From IMG/VR virus record IMGVR_UViG_2617270963_000012: DNA of 14,754 nucleotides. One strand, 5' to 3'. A model generated the notes under the pieces. The model was not told the DNA's origin and ran no database searches. It worked only from the letters and a program-made list of their open reading frames with translations. Shown piece by piece: positions 9,892 through 14,754 of this stretch. Source of the stretch: a virus (lineage: Duplodnaviria; Heunggongvirae; Uroviricota; Caudoviricetes). The position numbers and the translations under genes are program-made. Each line of letters starts with the position of its first letter. Within the stretch, counting starts at the first letter, position 1.

Positions 9892-9916
9892 CATATCATT
9901 CGTCTGGAGCAATGAA

Positions 9917-11536
9917 ATGTCAGATATCACCGCAAATGTTGTGGTAAGCATGCCTTCGCAACTCTTCACTATGGCTCGTTCTTTTTAAGCCGTAGCCAAT
10001 GGCAAAATTTATATCGGTAAAATTGACACTGACCCGGTAAATCCTGAAAACCAGATTCAGGTTTATGTGGAGAACGAAGACGGTTCTCACGTCCCTGTTT
10101 CGCAACCAATCATCATTAACGCTGCTGGTTACCCTGTATATAACGGACAGATTGCCAAGTTCGTAACTGTGCAAGGTCATTCGATGGCTGTTTATGATAC
10201 GTACGGTGCGCAGCAGTTCTATTTTCCTAATGTGCTGAAGTATGACCCTGATCAGTTACGACAGGATTTGTCTTCACAGGGCGGCGTAAACTTAGTTAAT
10301 GGTGCCGTTAGTTATGATAATCTGGGTAGTGAATACGGGCTGAATCTCATAGGTGAATATGCCGAAATATCAAATTTACGGGATGTAGCACCATCTGTAG
10401 GTGATAAGGTCATGGTGAAGGAGCACACCACAGGACGTGGTTTGTTAGGTGGTGGTGTTTTCGTAGCTGTATCAGGGAATTACACAGATGATGATGGAGT
10501 ATTTATTTCGTCTGCTTCCCCATCTGTATATTGGGTACGAAGTGGCGCAGGTAGTCATGTTATAATTGAATGGTTCGGTGGCAAATCTGAAGATCAGAGT
10601 TTAGATCATTCTCCTATCCTGGCTAACGCACAGTTATATGAAGGTCGATCGATAGAGTTTCAGTACGGAAGCTACTACTTTACACCTCCATGCGTCATCA
10701 AGCCGTCTATGCATTTCATCGGCAGCGGTGGCGCTAAAACATTCTGGCGAAACAAAAATATAAATGCGGACGCCACGGTGTTCTTCGCCAACACCGGGAG
10801 TGCATCTTCTTGGGCTGAAAATACAGTGTTCGAGCGCATTCATTTTAGTAATGACTCCAGCTCTACCCCCAGCAATGCGGCTATATCACTGCAACATGCG
10901 AGTCTATTTAAATTTGATAAGTGCGGTTTTTACAAGGCACCGATTTACGCATCAGATTTACACTGGGTTACTTGGAATGGCTGCGTATTAATCGACAGTA
11001 TGACCACAATTAACGAGGCCAGTGTATCACCAGCATTTCCTATTAACGAGGGTCCAGCATTTATCGACTGCTATATGGTCAGATCCCCTATAGATATAAC
11101 TGATGTTGCCGATTTGAGACTAGTAGGCACTTCGATGTTTTACGGACCTTACGGCATAAAGTCAACGACACACCGACCTTTAGATTCAGGGGCGGATTCT
11201 CGGGGATTACCGGTATTTATAACTAATAGCGTAATTGACAATATTGACGGTTATTGCTTGGACCTTAACAGAGTGGCGGTAGGAACTATCACAAACAGCC
11301 TGTTCTCTGGAGGAAGAGTGTCAGGGACTCCAGCAATACGTGCAACAGAGGTTTTGGGACTTAGCTTTAACGCCAATGTTATCCATTTCGCCGGTCAGGA
11401 ATGCATGTACCTCTATGACGTGCAGAATATATTAATGGGTAATAACTGGCAACACTTTCGTAGGTGTACCCGGAGTGGTAGGGCAGACAGGGTCTGGAAG
11501 GACAGTTTATACAGCCATGGCAAATGTAGGCCTTAA
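9917..11536 (+). pseudogene. Tailspike gene with P22-type N-terminal head-binding domain, interrupted by an in-frame TAA at codon 24 (9986-9988); divergent receptor-binding domain
   Basis: ATG at 9917 with GGAG 7 nt upstream. Translation [58 protein letters not shown]...[11 protein letters not shown]...LKYDPDQ parallels the recalled P22 gp9 N-terminus (MTDITANVVVS...[24 protein letters not shown]...), with TAA where P22 has a Lys codon. The listed ORF 10067..11536 is the downstream part of the same frame, opening at GTG. Confidence 0.85.
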
Positions 11537-11658
11537 TGATAACTGATCACACTTGGATGCTGTATATAGATTTATGTGATTTCATGATTTATATGTTCAA
11601 TCAAGTTTTAAATGAAGCTTTATTGACTAAATAACAGTTACAGTCTTTTGATAAAGAA

Positions 11659-11679
11659 CTGGCAGCATGCTGCTGCCAG
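11659..11679. terminator. Hairpin between the convergent tailspike and gtrC-like genes; probable bidirectional intrinsic terminator
   Basis: ctggcagca / tgc / tgctgccag: 9-bp perfect stem (11659-11667 with 11671-11679) and 3-nt loop, flanked by A/T-rich sequence on both sides. Lies immediately 3' of the gtrC-like stop (11689) on the - strand and about 120 bp 3' of the tailspike. Confidence 0.6.
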
Positions 11680-11688
11680 TAAATATAA

Positions 11689-13479
11689 TTATTTCATCTC
11701 TATTGAAATTGAGCTAATACATGAGCTTGTGTCTGAGTTATATATTCTCACCTCGACATCAGGATAGGTTTTATCAATGTAGAAATCCATGTCAACTACA
11801 TTATTGATTTTAGCAATTAATTTTTTACCACCAAACGCTACAATATCACCTAATACATCACCTCTACCACTTTTTTCAATATGCATTTTATACATACCTT
11901 TCTTGAGAGGTTTGTATGGTCCTGTTACCAAGAATGTAGCACCGTCTTTTTTGCATACTTGAAATTCATCACTATAACCTAGAGAACCAAAGTATTTTGA
12001 ATTGGTTAACGTGTGAAAACCGGTAAATGGTATATTTATCCCGTCATTCCATACTAAGATAAACTTTGACATGACTTTATCAATTACATCAGGTCTTCCA
12101 TATTGCATTATTGCAGCGTCCATGTCTTCTTTACTATCAGCTATAATAAATGAATTGTTTTGCTCATAATTATTTATTTTAGCTAACCATAAAAATGGTT
12201 TTACACTTCCTTCATGGTTATTAAATACTACTGGCGATATCTCTGAACCACTATTTAATGAAACTGACGACGCAAACCAGAATGAAGCAAAACCTGCTTT
12301 AAGATTATGCTCCTTTATATATTTTGAAATATCATTAATTTCATGGTTTTTTTTATCTAATGAAATGGCGTTACCATAAATTATGGCACCGCTAACAAAA
12401 GACAAGGAAAGCAGGAATAAAGATGTTTTTTGGCTTATATTTACATTTCTACAAATAAATACAGCCCCGAAAATTACAGATGGAGCAATATATCTTATTG
12501 ATTCAACCGCTGATGGAATATTACTAAATAAGAATGCGCACGGCATTATAATCGCCGTAAGAAGCAAAGCTCTATCAATGGTTGAGAATCTTGTTATTTT
12601 TCTTGCATTAGAAGCAATGATGTAAACAAAGAACAATAGAAAGCACAGTCTAATTATGGATGAAAAAGACTGTAGCCCAATATCCATTCCAAAAAAATAT
12701 GCTTCGAAAAGACGTAATAAACCAACACATAAGAAATATAAGTTATTAATAAATTCTTCTTGTGTGGCAAACTTAGGATAACCTATTCCTGGCAATTGAA
12801 ATCCGCCAATTTCTTGCACGTAGTATAAGAGTGTTTTCGATAAAATAAAGGCAAGAAATATAGATGCCGCATAGTGCAGGTGAACTTTGTTTCGTTTGTA
12901 AAATAATTCAATTGCCAATGATGAAATTAAAGGTATCAAAAATGCGTATTTGCTTATGTCGTCGCTAAAAAATATGGCTAGGCTTAAGAGAAAAACAATG
13001 AGATAATGATGTATGTTAGCTTTGTATACAGTTGTTCTTTCTATTATAATATAAATAATTGCTGTATATAAATAAGCCCCAATATGTGATACGGCAAGGT
13101 TAAATATATTTGATGAATAAGCTCCTAGAATTCCAAATGAGAAGAATATTGCCCATGGCAACTTCTTTTTGTGATATGAAAGTATTATGCAGCATATTGT
13201 CAGAGCAGAAATAAGGATTGACGGAACTAAATATGATTGAACTTTATTACTGATACCTATTATATCCAGCAATGCATACCAAATAAGGTCTGTAAAATAG
13301 AAAGTTACGGTTGAAAGAAACCATCCTGAAAGTAGAATGTTTCCATTTGCTATGTCGTGTGAAATGATTACACCAGAAGCCTGATCAGAACTCGGGGTGT
13401 AACCATATCCAATGTAGCAATTCATCGCCACTAGAATAATAAACGAGATAAAAAGTAGTAATTTAAATCTTCTTGTCAT
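11689..13479 (-). CDS. GtrC-family polytopic membrane protein (596 aa); putative serotype-specific O-antigen glucosyltransferase
   Basis: Third gene of the gtr operon. Strong RBS AGGAG 7 nt upstream of ATG. Start overlaps the gtrB stop by 17 nt. N-terminal about 400 aa is very hydrophobic (about 10 or more predicted TM segments) and the C-terminal about 190 aa is hydrophilic. Markedly AT-rich by eye compared with the flanking genes. Confidence 0.7.
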   Translation of the reverse strand: MTRRFKLLLFISFIILVAMNCYIGYGYTPSSDQASGVIISHDIANGNILLSGWFLSTVTFYFTDLIWYALLDIIGISNKVQSYLVPSILISALTICCIILSYHKKKLPWAIFFSFGILGAYSSNIFNLAVSHIGAYLYTAIIYIIIERTTVYKANIHHYLIVFLLSLAIFFSDDISKYAFLIPLISSLAIELFYKRNKVHLHYAASIFLAFILSKTLLYYVQEIGGFQLPGIGYPKFATQEEFINNLYFLCVGLLRLFEAYFFGMDIGLQSFSSIIRLCFLLFFVYIIASNARKITRFSTIDRALLLTAIIMPCAFLFSNIPSAVESIRYIAPSVIFGAVFICRNVNISQKTSLFLLSLSFVSGAIIYGNAISLDKKNHEINDISKYIKEHNLKAGFASFWFASSVSLNSGSEISPVVFNNHEGSVKPFLWLAKINNYEQNNSFIIADSKEDMDAAIMQYGRPDVIDKVMSKFILVWNDGINIPFTGFHTLTNSKYFGSLGYSDEFQVCKKDGATFLVTGPYKPLKKGMYKMHIEKSGRGDVLGDIVAFGGKKLIAKINNVVDMDFYIDKTYPDVEVRIYNSDTSSCISSISIEMK

Positions 13480-14395
13480 TTATTTTCTCCTTTAAGATGT
13501 ATTTAGGTCTTGCCTTGGTTTCTATGTAAATCCTCCCGATGTACTCTCCAAGTACACCGATGCCGATTAGTTGGATCCCTCCAAGAAACAGAATGGACAC
13601 CAGCAGTGAAGGGTATCCTCGTACAGCATTTCCAAATGCGAGAGTGTCAAATATCATCCATGCGCCATACAGAAATGCTAGGCCAGCTACCACTAACCCG
13701 ATATAAGTCCATATGCGCAGGGGAAATGTTGAGAAGCTTGTAATCCCTTCGAGCGCAAGATTCCACAATTTCCATCCATTGAATTTTGAATTACCAGCAA
13801 CACGTTCTGCGCGGGAATATTCGACGATGTCTGTCGAGCCTCCTACCCAACTCAGTACCCCTTTCATAAAAAGGTTGCGCTCTGGCATAAGCTTGATATT
13901 TTCGACAACCTCACGGCTCATTAACCGGAAATCACCAACATTCTCTTCAATCTTTGGGTTGCTTATTTTATTGTGGAGCTTATAGAACCATTCTGCAGTC
14001 TTGCGCTTCAGTCTTCCATCTGTAGAACGGTCATAGCGCTTAGCCAGTACCATATCAGCCCCTGCCTTCCACTTTTCAATAAGATGAGGAATAACCTCAA
14101 TCGGGTCTTGCAGGTCAACATCAATTGGGATTATCGCATCCCCGTTTGCATGGTCTAACCCTGCAAATAATGCTGGTTCTTTACCAAAGTTGCGTGTAAA
14201 TGACAGCGGAACAACTAGCGGATCAGAAACAGCCAGAGCGTTAATGATTGACTCCGTAGCGTCTTTGCTTCCGTCATTTATGAAAACAATTTCCACTTCA
14301 TATGACTTCAACTCTTCGAATTCACGTACCGTTTTATAAAAAATTGGTATCGCTTCCTCTTCATTGAAGACAGGAACGACAAGAGATATCTTCAT
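13463..14395 (-). CDS. gtrB: Bactoprenol glucosyltransferase GtrB (GT2 family), 310 aa
   Basis: Translation [29 protein letters not shown]...[14 protein letters not shown]...[11 protein letters not shown]... matches conserved GtrB as I recall it, including GT2 DxD-type motifs and two C-terminal TM helices. ATGA overlap with the gtrA stop. Confidence 0.95.
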   Translation of the reverse strand: MKISLVVPVFNEEEAIPIFYKTVREFEELKSYEVEIVFINDGSKDATESIINALAVSDPLVVPLSFTRNFGKEPALFAGLDHANGDAIIPIDVDLQDPIEVIPHLIEKWKAGADMVLAKRYDRSTDGRLKRKTAEWFYKLHNKISNPKIEENVGDFRLMSREVVENIKLMPERNLFMKGVLSWVGGSTDIVEYSRAERVAGNSKFNGWKLWNLALEGITSFSTFPLRIWTYIGLVVAGLAFLYGAWMIFDTLAFGNAVRGYPSLLVSILFLGGIQLIGIGVLGEYIGRIYIETKARPKYILKEKINDKKI

Positions 14396-14754
14396 TTCGC
14401 ATCCCTAAAGACAATGAACTTTGAATAGACGAAACCGCACACCAGGCTGATGGCGGAGAAAGTGATAAGGGTGACCATCGGGGGAAGTGCGCATCTATCA
14501 GCAGCCCACCCGACGACAACACTCAATGTTCCCATGAATCCCACGTATAACAAGTAACGCATCGTTGTAGTCGATGCCTTGAATGTGAATTTTGCATTCG
14601 CGAAGAAGCTAAAACTCACAGCCACAACGAAACCTGCGAAGTTTGCCAGAGCCTGATTGGTATGCGCGGCATAGATACATACACCAAAAACCACCCAGTG
14701 TATAAGTGTGTTCAGCACACCAATCGAGGTGTACTTTGCAAATAGCTTTAACAT
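14392..14754 (-). CDS. gtrA: GtrA, small 4-TM flippase for undecaprenyl-phosphate-glucose (120 aa)
   Basis: 120-aa hydrophobic protein [31 protein letters not shown]... immediately upstream of, and overlapping, gtrB. The ATG coincides with the last three bases of the window, so the promoter and any phase-variation elements are outside it. Confidence 0.9.
   Translation of the reverse strand: MLKLFAKYTSIGVLNTLIHWVVFGVCIYAAHTNQALANFAGFVVAVSFSFFANAKFTFKASTTTMRYLLYVGFMGTLSVVVGWAADRCALPPMVTLITFSAISLVCGFVYSKFIVFRDAK

Noticed and set aside
9829-9916. Search for arc and ant homologues between mnt and the tailspike
   Set aside because: The interval is only about 90-120 bp and contains no ORF. arc/ant are absent, not overlooked.
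12383-12625. 80-aa + strand ORF inside the gtrC-like gene
   Set aside because: Antisense to a strongly supported membrane-protein gene in AT-rich DNA, where long spurious ORFs are common.
13510-14158. Three + strand ORFs (77, 90, 61 aa) inside gtrB
   Set aside because: gtrB on the - strand is highly conserved and full length. These are antisense shadow ORFs.

Overview
This window is the late (virion structural) arm of a P22-like podovirus prophage in an enterobacterial chromosome, and it shows signs of decay. Gene order on the + strand: 3' end of an IS3-family transposase (IS inserted into the scaffolding gene), scaffolding-protein 3' fragment, coat protein (423 aa), a small ORF, then homologues of P22 gp4, gp10, gp26 (tail needle), gp14 and the ejection proteins gp7, gp20 and gp16. 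A Mnt-like ribbon-helix-helix repressor follows on the - strand, with no arc/ant or sieA, then a tailspike gene on the + strand with a conserved P22-type N-terminal domain interrupted by an in-frame TAA. Convergent to the tailspike, on the - strand, is a gtrA-gtrB-gtrC O-antigen glucosylation operon with an unusually long, AT-rich third gene. All assignments rest on reading the translations, synteny and recalled P22-family sequences; no database search was run. I do not see a clearly novel multi-gene system. The most interesting items are the orphan mnt with a downstream hydrophobic mini-ORF, the atypical GtrC-like gene, and the pattern of structural-gene inactivation alongside intact gtr and mnt genes.
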